DNA of 64,000 bases, taken from positions 8,742,001 through 8,806,000 of the forward strand of contig CM060734.1 of the NCBI GenBank assembly GCA_030704615.1, read 5' to 3'. How positions within the stretch are numbered: position 1 is the first letter of the stretch; the number at the start of each line of letters is the position of its first letter. Below, in pieces: positions 37,480 to 49,827 of this stretch. This stretch comes from Takakia lepidozioides (lineage: Eukaryota; Plantae; Bryophyta). The notes under the pieces are model-generated. The model had not been told where the DNA came from. It was given only the letters and a program-made list of their open reading frames with translations, and ran no database searches. The position numbers and the translations under genes are program-made.

Positions 37480-38420
37480 ATATGTCGACACGTGCAGTCA
37501 TGTAGTGATTAATCCATGTGATGATCTGGCAGAATGCATTAGAGTGAGAGTCATAAAGTCATATGTCCGTCTAGCAATTTGTACACGTCATTCCAGTGTA
37601 GGTATGACCGTGACTGGTAGTCATATCTGCCATGCCAATATTTGTGGTCAAACATGTTTGACCTGTGTTGCACAGAGTCCGGAGTCATGCAATCGCATAT
37701 ACGCCTTCCCCGGACCTGCGTTATGACTTCAAAAGGCATCTACGACTTCAAATGGCATTTCTGCCACAAATCTGTCATGACTACGCAGCCATGGGAGTAA
37801 TAAAAGCCGCAATCTGTTGTAGTGAGAGCTCGGGTGTTAACCAAGCAAGCGGTGCATGTGTGGAGCATGGTTTCAGCTTGTGGGGGTCTTCAACTTCAAG
37901 CTTAGAAGAGCTATGAGTGAAGAGAAGGATCTGATTTCTCCTTGTTGCAAGATGGTGCATTTATAGAGCATGCTTTGAGTTGGGGTTTCAATCTCAAGCT
38001 TGAGAAGAGCATGTCTATGGAAGTGGCAAGTATAGGGCTGAATTAGGAGCTCTAAGGGGTGCACTATGGCCATGGAAGGGAGCACTATGAGTGCATACAA
38101 TGGTTAGAAGAAGGTATGTCATAGAAAGCTCAATAACTTGTTCTATGCTTGTTGCAATGAGTCCATGGAGAAAGAGAGTTTGTTGTGTGGCAAATAGCTT
38201 GATCAGGGAGTTAGAGGCACTCTTGGTGGTCCATTGATGCCCAAGAAACCAAGAACAACACCTCTGGTTGCTCCATAGAAGCCATAGCTCGTTGGTAGCA
38301 ATCACAGAGCCAAAGCGGTGCAAACCCTAGCTTGGGAACGTACGTGAACGCTTGGGAACGCATGTGAACTCCTTGGGAACTCGTGGGAACGCATGGGAAT
38401 AGTGCCCCAAGTTGGGAGCA
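37480..38420. mobile_element. Probable LTR remnant with short TGGGAAC repeats, interrupted by LTR-C
   Basis: Non-coding; AAACCCTAG followed by five TGGGAA(C) repeats at 38333-38400; directly abuts LTR-C. Confidence 0.35.
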
Positions 38421-39088
38421 TGTAGAATAATAGGAATTTCTGACTTAATGACAATTTTCAGAACTTTTTAATATCTTTCTAGCCTGCGATACCTTCGATA
38501 TTGTTGCGATAGAGCAATGTTCTTCGATATCTTGTATACAGTCGATAGTCTATCTTGGACTGAATGATAGAAGAGATGGATGAAAAATTGTAAAGGATGG
38601 AAGAAGGAGTTTTTGAGCGGTTATTACAGTTATTGAAATACTCTGCTATATAAAGCGATAATGAGAAGCAGAAAGTGTCAATTGAGCCAGAAAGCCATGA
38701 CCGGGAATAAAGTGAGTTGGAGGTAGATTATAGAGTTATTCTGCAATGGTAGATTTAGTACTGCGTTCTTGCGGTGTTGTGATTTATGAATGAGAAGAAG
38801 AAGAAAAAGGAAGTGCAATTCACTTTGTGTACGTGTGTGAAGAATGGAGTGATGGAATGAGGATGTGTTTTCGTGTGTAAGAACTGAAGAACCATATGAG
38901 ATGATGAGAATGCGCATAAATGAAACAGATAAGAATTTGATGTGAGGATTAGTTCTGGTCCATCAAGAGGAATATTGATAGAGAGATATTCAAAGCTCAA
39001 GAAGGAGCCGATTAAGGAAAAGAAGACAGAGAGAGGGTTTTCAATTGGATTCATGATAGGAGTGAAACAATGAATTAAAATCATTTGC

Positions 39089-39337
39089 ATGGCGGAGAGC
39101 AATAATGAAGGAATAAAGGAAGTGTCAGAATTGATCTCTGGATTACCAGACCATTTATCGATAACAATCTTTCAGAAACTTTGTTGTAGTGATAAAGAAG
39201 TATTCTTATTGCAATTGGTCAATAAAGGATGGCATAGGGAGATATCCATTCTATATCGGAGTTGTTATTGGAAGCATAGTTGGTTGCAGAAGTGGTATAG
39301 ACCATTTAAAGGCTATCTTGAACTTATGAAAGAATGA
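39089..39337 (+). CDS. F-box-like mini-ORF 1 inside LTR-C (82 aa)
   Basis: ELISGLPDHLSITIFQKL..LLQLVNKGWHREI fits the plant F-box consensus LIPGLPDD....L..L......L..V.K.W. Confidence 0.65.
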   Translation: MAESNNEGIKEVSELISGLPDHLSITIFQKLCCSDKEVFLLQLVNKGWHREISILYRSCYWKHSWLQKWYRPFKGYLELMKE

Positions 39338-39413
39338 AATCATAACTTTGGTGAGGGAAAATCCCTAGAACGACCTGAGAAACCGAATTGGTGGTGAAGA
39401 ATGATCACTAGCG

Positions 39414-39716
39414 ATGTGTGAAGGAGAGCAGATAGTATATAATGTAGAATTGATTACTGGACTGCCTCATAGTTTGTCTCTAGATATCTTTAAAAGATTA
39501 CAATGTAGCGACAGGGAGATAATCAATCTATGGTTAGTTAATAAAGAATGGTATCGAGAGCTGTTGACTTTGTATCAGAGAGATTATTGGAGGAAGAATA
39601 TAGTGGAGCAATGGTATTTGATTTCAGCCGATGGAGCAGAGTTAATAGAAGATGGAGAGAATATTCATGAATCTGGAAGAATGATGATCGTGTTTAATGA
39701 AGATGACTGTTGGTAG
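39414..39716 (+). CDS. F-box-like mini-ORF 2 inside LTR-C (100 aa), paralog of ORF 1
   Basis: ELITGLPHSLSLDIFKRL..LWLVNKEWYREL; aligns with ORF 1 through LY..YW....WY. Confidence 0.65.
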   Translation: MCEGEQIVYNVELITGLPHSLSLDIFKRLQCSDREIINLWLVNKEWYRELLTLYQRDYWRKNIVEQWYLISADGAELIEDGENIHESGRMMIVFNEDDCW

Positions 39717-39856
39717 AAGTTGTTTCAAAGAAGGGATAGAGAGAGATAGAATAGTCTGGCATCATTATGTATTAGTCGTATAGTGCTGTCCCCAACGAAT
39801 GAACCTTAGAACTAATTGATCCTCTTTTAGGATTGATTCTAGTTTTATTCTACAAC

Positions 39857-39878
39857 TTTTTGGCGCCGCTACCGGGGA
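39857..39878 (+). promoter_or_regulatory. Primer-binding site (Athila-type TGGCGCCGYTRCCGGGGA)
   Basis: TTTTTGGCGCCGCTACCGGGGA just after the LTR end. Confidence 0.85.
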
Positions 39879-39952
39879 AAGACGATGCGGTTTGCTATAG
39901 TGATGCTTTACTAAAATTTCAAGATAATTACTTTCTGTAGAGGAATTACGAG

Positions 39953-41823
39953 ATGACGAGGGAAGTCATTCGTAATAGTAAGGTTTCTCCACCTGGTTTC
40001 AAACTATGTCCTTATTATAGTTTATGTAAGCAGCATAAGAAGGCAGAGATCCCGGAATGTTTTTGGACTCAGATCAAGGCGCGGGAAACGGATGAGCCTC
40101 CCTATTCTCAGTTAATAAAAACTGGAGATGCTAGCTCTGGCGATAGCACATGAGGAGCAGATTCAACTATTGTCGGAACAAGAAGAAACGTCAAGAACAC
40201 TTGAATTGACTGTTGCAAGAAATCGAGGAGATCACCTTGTATTGTCAATTAAGAAGAAGAGATTATGGGGTATGAGGGAATCTCCCGTAACCGCCGAACA
40301 TAAGGCTAAAGCCAGATCTGATCGATTGGGCAGTCAGGATAGCACGACGAGCATTACTAGCCGCACAGGCAGCTGCATCGGCACCACCTATCGTATCCCC
40401 TATTGCACCACCTATTGTACCACCTATTGTACTAGTACCAATGGCGGCAATACCAATTGCAGCTGCTCTCCAATCAATTCTGTCAATGTATCGCCCCTGC
40501 CACAGTTTACGGGGCTGCAAGGGTCAGATCCTGACCTCCATTTGGCTCAATTTATGACAGCTTGTATTGCTAATAATGCCAGGACGGAATTCTGTTGGTT
40601 GACGATGTTCCCTGCCACTTTGCGGGACTTAGCATTTCAGTGGTATGATCGACAACAGCACGGAGCATTTCCTGATTGGAACACTTTAAAGACAACTTTC
40701 CTAACACAGTTTCGACCCTTGGGATTTACCGATCGTCTACGGGAGCAATTGATGAAAATTCATATGGTGAAAGGCGAGTCGGTCGACTCATTTGCAGGCC
40801 GCCTAGAGGATATTCTTCGACGATGGAATAATCATAATATTCCTAACCATATGCAGATGGGCCTATTTGTAGAAGGGTTGGCTCCAGCAGAACTGAAACG
40901 TTTTGTTAAAGAGGGTATTCCTGCTGATTTATAGGCCGCAATTAATCGGGCTAAGTTATGGGAGACTATTAGTATCACTACTTATTCAGTTGGGCCCCAC
41001 GACAATGTTTGATACTGATTCATGGGCCCCACAAGCATCATCAGCTCCAGTGACTATGTCTCCTTCTTCAAATCAATCTACTGTGGGAATGTATGCCCCT
41101 GTATCCTTGCAAAATCGACTACCAGCTGGTGTACCCGATATTCATCCGATGCCCATGATGATATCGCCTAGTTTGGTTGTCCATCCACCTTCCACGATCA
41201 TGGACCCTATCGACCTGGATTCTGTCATCTCAGTTGCGATACCCCAATCCAGAACGGAGCCAGTCCAGCGGAGAAATAGAGGGAAGTATACTGGTCCGAA
41301 AATAGGCAATGGCAAGATAGGACACCCCAAGGGGTCTCGACGAAAAAGGGTCATGGCACTGACTAAAGGCTTGGTTCATTATGATATACTTAAAGACCTG
41401 GACACGTTGCAACCTGCTATTTCTTTGCGGCAGCTGTTGGCTATCACACCTCAATGTCGGGCTTCTTTGCAGTCATCTCTAGTGCGGAAACAGGCAACGA
41501 ATAACGACGTCCATGAAGTGAGTATATCCACACTCAATCCGGATCCAGGTGCCCCCGTCCTTGATGTAACAATAGATGGCGTTGTTATTACTGGAGTTCA
41601 AATTGACGATGGTTCTAGTGTCAATCTAATGAGTTCCGACACAATGGAGGAGTTAGGACTTGGTGGTTTACAGAACACTCGATTGGTGTTACGGATGGCC
41701 GATCAAAGCCGTGCCAAACCAATGGGCGTCCTGACTGTCGTCCCAACTATAATTGCTGCTATTGAGTATTCCATTGATTATGTGGTCTTCCGACTAAATG
41801 TCTCGGCCTATTCTTACCCTATC
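39953..41823 (+). pseudogene. gypsy gag and aspartic protease (degraded), truncated before RT
   Basis: LPQFTG..DPDLHL..FPATLRDLAFQWY..W..LKTTFL (gag); VQIDDGSSVNLM..LRMADQS (protease). Confidence 0.88.
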
Positions 41824-43749
41824 TTAGTGGCAAGGTGCATGATGTGTGATAGAGTGCGGGCTTATTTTAACGCACCTACTCCATAATTGCATCATTTACC
41901 TATTATGGGTTTGGGTTATCAATGTAGTCTTGACTTCGCAGGCCCATTGCCACTAACGATTTGCCATAACAAGTATGTGCTGGTGATGGAGAACACTTCT
42001 CCAAATAGATTGAACTGGTGGCGTTGCCTGATAAGGCAAGTGAGGGGGCTGCGTATGCATTTTTAGACCTAATGCTTAGCCAATTTGGTGCTCCAGCCGA
42101 GGTACTCACGGACCAGGGGAGAGAGTTCTTGGGGGAGTTTCAGGCTTTGTGTGAGCAAGCCTTGATAGATCACCGCACTACTTCTCGGGATCATCCCGAG
42201 GCTGATGGCTTGGCGGAGAGAGTTGTTCAAACAGTCAAGATGGGTTTGCGCAAGTATGGCTTACAGAAGGGACACCTAGGAAATTGGGACCTTCAGCTGC
42301 CTTGGCTAGCTATGGGCTATAGGTTCAGCAAACAAGCTTCACTTGCCTCATTCTCACCTTATTTCCTTCTCTTTGGCCGAGAGCCAGATTTGCCTGCATC
42401 TATTCGCAGGGAGACTGCAATAGTCCTCAACCTTGATAATCCGGATGTGTGGACACAAGCATGTGCCCAGCGGGCAGAGTTGTTCAAGAGAGTCATGCCT
42501 ATGGCTTTTGAGAACCTTGCTATTGCCTAACATCGAGACACATTGAGGTATGCCACTATACATGGAGGGGGATATCGGCCAGGTGTTTGGCGTTTCCACC
42601 CTGAGGACTATGTGTATCTGCAGCAGACAGCGCCTACGACCTTGGATGTCACAGCAGGACATGTGATTCTAAGGGTCAGGGAGGTGTTGCCTTCAGGAGT
42701 GTTGATTCTGGAGGGTCGAGATAGCATGGTATGGAAGGACCATGTGCGCAATTGTGCGTCATGTCACCTTCAACATGTGGATGGGATGATAGATCCCAAC
42801 CTTGCAGTGGTACTTGCAGGGTTGTGTTGCATGCTATGTGGGTATGCTGGTGGTGCCGCAACCATGTTGGTGTGTGACAAATGCTCTAGGGGTGGCACAT
42901 GGGATGCTTGACGTTGCCACTTGAGGAGGTTCCTATCGGAGAATGGTTGTGTCCACGATGCCTTGGACAGAGGTAGTGGGCATGACAATGGTGAGGTTGA
43001 CAAGTGATCCAAGGTCTAGCCAGTGGGGCTTCAATGCCATGGATACTCAACTAAAGATCATGGATTGTAGGAAGGCGACTAACGATGGGGCTACTTTTGC
43101 ACCCGGCCTCGTGATCTATCGACTTCAGATGCTGGGACTTGTGCGATTGAAGACCAAACGATGATCTTATTGGGGTGGATACTTGCAGCTATCCGGTGTT
43201 AGAGGGACCTAATCACCAGCTAGGGGGGCGATTGTGGCGTGGCTTTCTAGGACTATATGCTAGGAAGTGTGGCTGGACAGCAATGTATGTTATGGCACGA
43301 TGCTTAGGTGCACGACAGTTGTCATGGTTTTGTTTGTGATTAGTTAGAAATAGTTATTTCTAGCTAATTAGGACTTTATACATTGATATTTGTATTCTGT
43401 GGGCATTGGGACTTCATTTGGTTCCATGTACCAAGTGAGGTGACGAACCTCACTTGGGACGTGGAGAGGTTATCTCCACGTGAGACGTAGGCAGGCTCGT
43501 CTTCTTCTAGTCAAGCCTTCCGAGGCCTCTCTCGCCGCCATAGCTCTAGTACTTGAGATGGAGAGTGGGTGAGGTCTGTATGGTGGAGTCCTTTAGCAAA
43601 GGTGCCATTGGCTTGACTTATATAACATGAGTGGGTTCACCTCTTTTCACCATTTCCGTATCATTGTGGCGTGGCTTTCTAGGACTATATGCTAGGAAGT
43701 GTGGTTCGACAGTGATGTATGTTGTGGCACGATGCTTAGGTGCACGATA
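41824..43749 (+). mobile_element. Ty3/gypsy remnant A2: integrase with C-terminal PHD finger, PPT, X (43233-43317), LTR-B part (43320-43664), X (43665-43749)
   Basis: Integrase core 42018-42530; CMLCG..MLVCDKCSRG/WHMGCL..VPIGEWLCPRC (~42826-42962). Confidence 0.9.
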
Positions 43750-45689
43750 TACGTAATCAAGTAATTTTTTAATTACTAGTTTGTATATAGCCTTTGGGCA
43801 GTGTCTACACATTCATCTTTAATCAGGCAAAAAAAAAAAAAAAAATCATAACAATCTCATAAATCCACTTTTTTCTTATTTGGCGTAACCCCAAAGTTCT
43901 GCAAGGGTCTCGACCACGGATAATTGTAGCCATGGCCATGAATGGCCAACACTCCAAGACTCCTTTTGATTTGAGTACAAAGGTCTCTTCCCCCCTTAAG
44001 ATAAAAATAACAACAAAACCCCGCCTCATGCAATAAGAAATAGCTTTCCATCCTTGCAAGATAGCCATCATTTTCTTGGTTCAAGATTTCACATCCATGT
44101 TGATTTGAGAATAGGTTGACCCTCCCTTACAACTTCTGCTACCTCGTTTCTCTTAATTCTTGATTCTTGCGTGAGTGAATGTATAGGGTAAGCAACCCAC
44201 GCAAAGTGCTTCACAGGTATGAGCCCATTTGCAAAAGAGTGAACTTACATGTTGTGCGTCACAGAGCGTTGTGCTTGGTAAGCCATTGGCACTATATTCC
44301 ACAAAATAAGGCCACGCGAAATACAAATGATTTGTTTTTAAAATTCTTTACACATGGTGTAGCATGGCACGTTTTGGGGTAGCTACAAATGGGTGGCTAC
44401 CTTGACTTGTTTTCACCAGATGTTAATCCTTAAACGACAAGCACCATTTTGGTGGGCCCACTAAAAAATAGTGCATACCCTCATGGATAAGGATGTAACT
44501 TTTTACCCCCAATCATCCATGGGGATGAACCTTATACTTATGTGCATATCTACTACATCCACGTCCTGTCAAAAGTGTAGGCAATTTGATCATTGCATTT
44601 GGGATATAATAACAAAAATAATTTGCCTCAATTTATAAATGTATTTTAGATTGCATGGAAAAAGGGTTTGACCACTAAATTCAAATGTCGAGTTGAATTT
44701 TATGAGACATATGCCCTCCATAATCTGATTATATGGCACTTAAGGGACTCCCCCAAAAAGCAAATCGAAATTCTAAAAACTGAGATAGGCTGCTTTGTAT
44801 GTGAAATCTGGGGGGGGGGGGGCGGGGTGTTGGTAAATGTTCATGGTTTGGATTCTTTCCCAAGTACACCCATGTGGTGATATTTGTTTTCTAATTCCTT
44901 TGGTAAGTAAGTGCACACGAACATTACATAGTGCCTTGTCCAAAATTTTTGGCATTTTGTTAAATTTTGAGCCCTAGATGTTATTTTCAAGATTGCTCAT
45001 TTGGCCTGCCACGTGGGCAGGTCAAGGCTGGATTTCCAGACCTAACCTGGCACTTTGAAGAATTCTAGGGAGCATAGCTTTTATTATTTTAGGGCGCTGT
45101 AAATTCCCACATGTGCTTCTCCCTAACCCGCTCACTTTACCTTCAAGAATCACTTCCATCCACTGTCATCCATAAAAGTTGGATCCTGGTGGCAAAAGAC
45201 TTTGGAGATTTTAGGGATTAAACGATTAAACGTCATCTTCCAAAATATACATATTGAGGACGCGTGCCGAAGCAAGTGTAATTTATGATGTGATGTGTCA
45301 TCTTCCAACATTCATTGGAGGGTAAAGGTTTGTGGGTTGGAGTCCTTGGACCTTAAACCATGGGTTGGAGGTTATTATTACTGAGAACCGACATATGAGG
45401 ATGGATGAATGCTATACACTGCTATACCAAGGGAGGGCAAGCATGCATCCATAAGTCTTGTGTTACCGTTTGGGTGAGGGTCTAAATTGGTAAAGTCTGA
45501 TGCAGCCCCGTGGTTGGGTGAGTGAGCCGGTGACCTATGAAAAATGTTCCTATGGGGGACTAAACAGAGGATTGTATGGTAGTACCGTGGAAAGAAAGTA
45601 AAGGGGAATGAAAGAACAAAGGCAGACAAGCATCCTCGTTGCCGAGCAACGGTGTCGTTGCTTCACGCCAGCGTGAGAGGGAGCGGGAC

Positions 45690-47589
45690 ATGGGGGAGGG
45701 GGACCTGCAGCCTGGACTGACGGGCCCCCGCATCTACAGCTGCTGCAACTGCCGCTGCCATGTGGCTGATCACGACGACATCATCTCCAAGTGCTTTCAG
45801 GTGCTTTGCTTTGCCTGTAACGGTGTGGGATTTTCCTTGGCTGCTGGATAAGATGCTGGGGCTATTCCTCACACTTTTCCTGCATCACACATGTACTCCA
45901 TTTTCCTGAATTAAAATCTTCATTTTGGGTCACCTGTGTCCGCAACTCCTCAATCTGCGTTAAGCCTGCGCCAATTTCCGGCAGATTTCTATTGCAAATT
46001 CTTCTGTCTCGATCATCCTATAATACCGTCAAATAAATTCAATGGGATTCATCTCCGTCATTTAGTGACGAAGTCTGTTGATTGATTGAGACGGTGACTA
46101 ACGAGATGTACTCTTCGTGTTAGTTGCATGCCGCTTTTGCTCCTATCTTCTCTACACTTCCATTCAAATTTTCCCTATACCATGTGTGCCTTCAACTATG
46201 AATGAGTGCATTGTATGTTTTGGATTTGGTAAGGGCGGTGTCTCCAGTCTTCTGAACGACGGTTTCACACCTGGGTAGCCTTAGTAGGGGGTGCTGGTCA
46301 GACTACAAAGCTGTACCACCAGCGTGTATGTCCCTCTTATCAGATCCATCCATGGAAATCCCTGGCGTATGGTCTTTTATATCAACTCAGATATTGTGGG
46401 CGGCAGTGGTTATGAGGCTCTCAGTCTAAGTAGCTGCAGATGGTCTCATCCAGTGAGTTCTTCTTGCATGAAGTTTTCTTAGGTGTAGTTGAAATTTCAG
46501 CAGAAGCACTTTCTCATGTGCTGGGTGTCTCAAAACCAGCTGTGGCTATTACTTTTGTATAATGATTGTTTTTATGTGAATATATACATGTTTTTACCGC
46601 CAGGCTTTGATAGAGGGTGTCTACCTGACAAAAGGACCTATGGAGTAGTTCTCAATTTAATTTTCTTTGGTGTCTCATTACGGAACATGCAGAGAGTACA
46701 CTACAAAAGTTATAAGCATATTGTGCGAAGAGTCCGGTGTTTTGAGAGGGGCTTGCCAGGTTTTGGGTCTGGGAATGTAAAAACTATCCCAATTGGTGCC
46801 TAGATAAAGGTCACAACCATACCATCTATGTAGAAACTTGGAAAGTGTGCTCTCAAAGGGATGCTGTAGTTTTTTTGCAGAAATTCAATAAGAAAGTGCT
46901 AAGGTGTTGGAGTCATGTGGGGAGGAATGGGTGGGTGGAAGATTAGAAAGAGAGGAAGATCGCACAAGACTGTTTGCTGCAAGGTTTACAGAAGGTTTCA
47001 GGCTGGTGGTCATTCTTCACCTGCAAGGTTCATGCTATATCATCCACCCAATGGTGGGCATTGTTCTGCCAAACTACTGACCCAGGGACTTCCTTCAGGT
47101 GAAGAATCGGGCAATAAACGCGACTTATTTGCACTTTAGGGACATCTTAAAAGATGTCAACCTCCTAACTGCAGGTGGTAAAATTTCCAAGTCTTTGTTT
47201 GATATTCCTCTACTTGTGGTTTGAGGCCATTCAATTTGGATGGAACAGCAGGGACATTTTTAGGAGATAGCTTGTGTGTAAGATGGAAAGAGAGTGGAGG
47301 AACAGGGCAGGTAGTTTGGAGAAGTTCGAGAGAGATGACAAAGGTGTGGCTTGATGTATAGGGAAGGAATGGCAGAGCGTACCTATTTACAAATGTGGTG
47401 AATGTATCAGTCGGACCAAAGGAAGACCGGCAGCTTATCACGGGGCTGCACACAGTGGCTGACATCTACTGTTTTCAGTGTCAAGAAGTGCTGGGATGGA
47501 AGTATGAGAAGGCTTATGAAGAGTCCCAGAAATACAAAGAGGGAAAATATATTCTGGAAAAGGCTAAGGTTATGAAGGAGAACTGGTGA
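45690..47589 (+). CDS. Yippee/YPEL-family Zn-binding protein, 112 aa; exons 45690-45800 and 47362-47589
   Basis: [22 protein letters not shown]|[58 protein letters not shown]; GT-AG phase-0 intron; intact frame. Confidence 0.95.
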
Positions 47590-48245
47590 TGGTCCCTTTG
47601 CTTGGATAGCATGTACATATGTGAGGGTGGAGATTTCAGCAGTGCATGAGCCCTCTATGATTGACTTAGCGGCAGGAATAAGCTGGTCTTGGGCCCATAC
47701 TGTTATTTGGTCGAAGGAGTGTCGGGGTTGTTTTTGTGTGACTTCAGTTGTGAGCATCCAACAAGGTGTATGTAGAAGGTGGGTGACATCCATGTGTTTA
47801 GTACTTGTAGCAAGATCCCACGTTTGTAGCCCTTCTTTTTCACAGTGGTCTCTCAGTCTTTGTAAACTTATGCCAAAGCTGCATCTGATTGTGAGGTGCT
47901 TCTAGTAAAGATCCCACATTTTTCTTTTTGCCTTTTTGTAAAATTAGACACAAGGGCAAGAATTTGGAGGCGGTCTTTAATGGGAATGCCAAAGGGTCCA
48001 AATAATGAAACCTTTTGGCATGATCCTATAGGGTTGCCGGGATTGCCCATAGTAGCATGCCTGGTATCATCACAACTATTACTACCACAATTTTCCAGAG
48101 TCATCTCTAATAGTGTTACCGTTGTTATGTACACACTCAAGCAGGTAGCCCCAGAGTTTGGGTCTTTGTGCTCTGCATGTGCATAACCTGGTGATACATT
48201 GGGCCTCCATGGGCTATGCATAGAGTTGTGTGCCTTGTATATATT

Positions 48246-49827
48246 GGGGGTAGTTTTTCTATGAGCAGTGAGCACCCAAAAACATGAGCAGAGGCTGGAA
48301 AATGGGCGAAAAGTGGATTTTTGGGGGAATATTCCTTCAAAAACACTCAATTTCGGGGGTGTTTATGGGCCCAGAACGCCCTAAGAATAAAGCACAAACT
48401 GTAGGTTCGGCATGCAAGACAGGTTCGGCGTCGTTGGCAGTTCCAGAAGTCGGCAACGATTTGCAGGTAGGAAATAGTAGTTGCAGCCAAGTAAACCTAC
48501 CCACGGTGATAGGTGGGGTTTCTATAACCGTGGAAAATTACATGGCTTAACATGGGAAGTCGGCACAGAATTGGACGTGTGTGCTGGACAAGTCACTCAG
48601 AAATGACAAGTCCGCACAGACTTCGCGATGGCCCGTACAGTTGTTGCGGGTTTGGAAGTCGGCATAGACTTCTGCAATGAGTGGCAAATAATATTTCGAA
48701 TGGTAAGTTGGCACCGAATTCGAGATGGCTTTTAGGCGTGATTTTGAGAGGGGAAGTCGGCACAGACTTCTCCATATCCTTCAAAAGTTTCTTGCGAAAG
48801 GTAAGTGGGCACCGAATGGAAGATGGTCTCGAGGCGTTAGACAGAATTGGAAGTTGGCACAGAGTTCTCCATATCCTTTGCATGTTTACGTGGGATCTGA
48901 AGTCGGTGCAGAATTGTGGGGTGTGCGAGAAAATCAGCAGCTTGCGGCATTTCACTGAGTTCGTTCCGGACTTAGTACAAGATTCAGTACTGGACCCTCC
49001 GAGGCAAAAAGTGAACATGCAACAAAACTCAACATTACACAAAAACTGGATCTTTTCTTCAGAGAAATCATTTATTCATATAATGAACTTTGACAAGTAT
49101 GCATGCCCTCACAAGCCGAGGTAAGCTTGAGGTATGCATGCATTCCATGGATGCTTGGGGCCCAAAACGGCTAAGTCCCATGACATCGGAAGGTACTCGG
49201 GGACTTAGCCATTTTGGCCCCCCAGACTGGAAATTCGGCGCCATATATCCAGGGTGGGGCCCAAAACGGCTGTCCCATGAGTGCCTGTATCCGACTCTGG
49301 AAAAATGGCGCCGCATTTCCAGATTCGGGCAAGGCCACCCCTGGGACTTAGCCATTTCCGAGGCAGCAGCTATTAGAGCTCGTCAGGCTCGTAGATTTGT
49401 CTTGGATTTTGCTGAGGAAAGTGGGGGAGAAGAGGCAGAAGATTCCCAGGAGGTGAGGTGGACGGTTCCCCAAGGAGAGGACGGTATTTTTGAGAGGCAT
49501 AGTAGAAGTGATGCATCTCAGATGTCAGGGGATGAGGGGGATGAGGAGGCAGGTGGGGCAAGTTCCTCGGAGGGTGTAGGAGAGGAGGATAGTAGTTCCC
49601 ATTCCGGCTATGACAGTTAGGACAGTTGTATAGATATGGCTCGCCACAAAATTTGCAATAAAATGTTGCATTTCATTGCTATGACGAGTCCAGTGGTGCC
49701 ACATTCCAACTTCACATGACCTTATTTTTGTGCCTCTTATCCCTATTTCTGTGGACACACAATGGTCCGCTCATGTTTTTTTTTTTTTTTCGCTCATGCT
49801 CATGCCGCTCATGAAATAGCAGCCCCC
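48246..49827 (+). mobile_element. Element E4: non-autonomous deletion derivative of the E1 family (1.58 kb)
   Basis: Left end GGGGGTAGTTTTTCTATGAGC; right end (rc) GGGGGCTGCTATTTCATGAGC; ~49155-49360 matches the E1 intron array and 49360-49827 matches 10920-11388. No TSD seen. Confidence 0.8.
48556..48912 (+). repeat. Array of 8 AAGTYGGCACMGA motifs at 48-51-bp period with divergent ~35-bp spacers
   Basis: Motif starts at 48557, 48608, 48656, 48705, 48754, 48803, 48851, 48900. Confidence 0.85.

Larger units (their letters stand above)
38421..39854 (+). mobile_element. LTR-C (1434 bp), 5' LTR of an Athila/Tat-like gypsy element
   Basis: Perfect 10-bp terminal IR TGTAGAATAA...TTATTCTACA, followed by a PBS and gag. 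Confidence 0.9.

Noticed and set aside
45801-47361. Short ORFs in this interval
   Set aside because: They lie within the Yippee intron; the two-exon model already gives a complete protein.
48556-48912. CRISPR-like mini-array
   Set aside because: Repeat is only ~13 bp and degenerate, alternate spacers are related, no cas; kept as a motif array.
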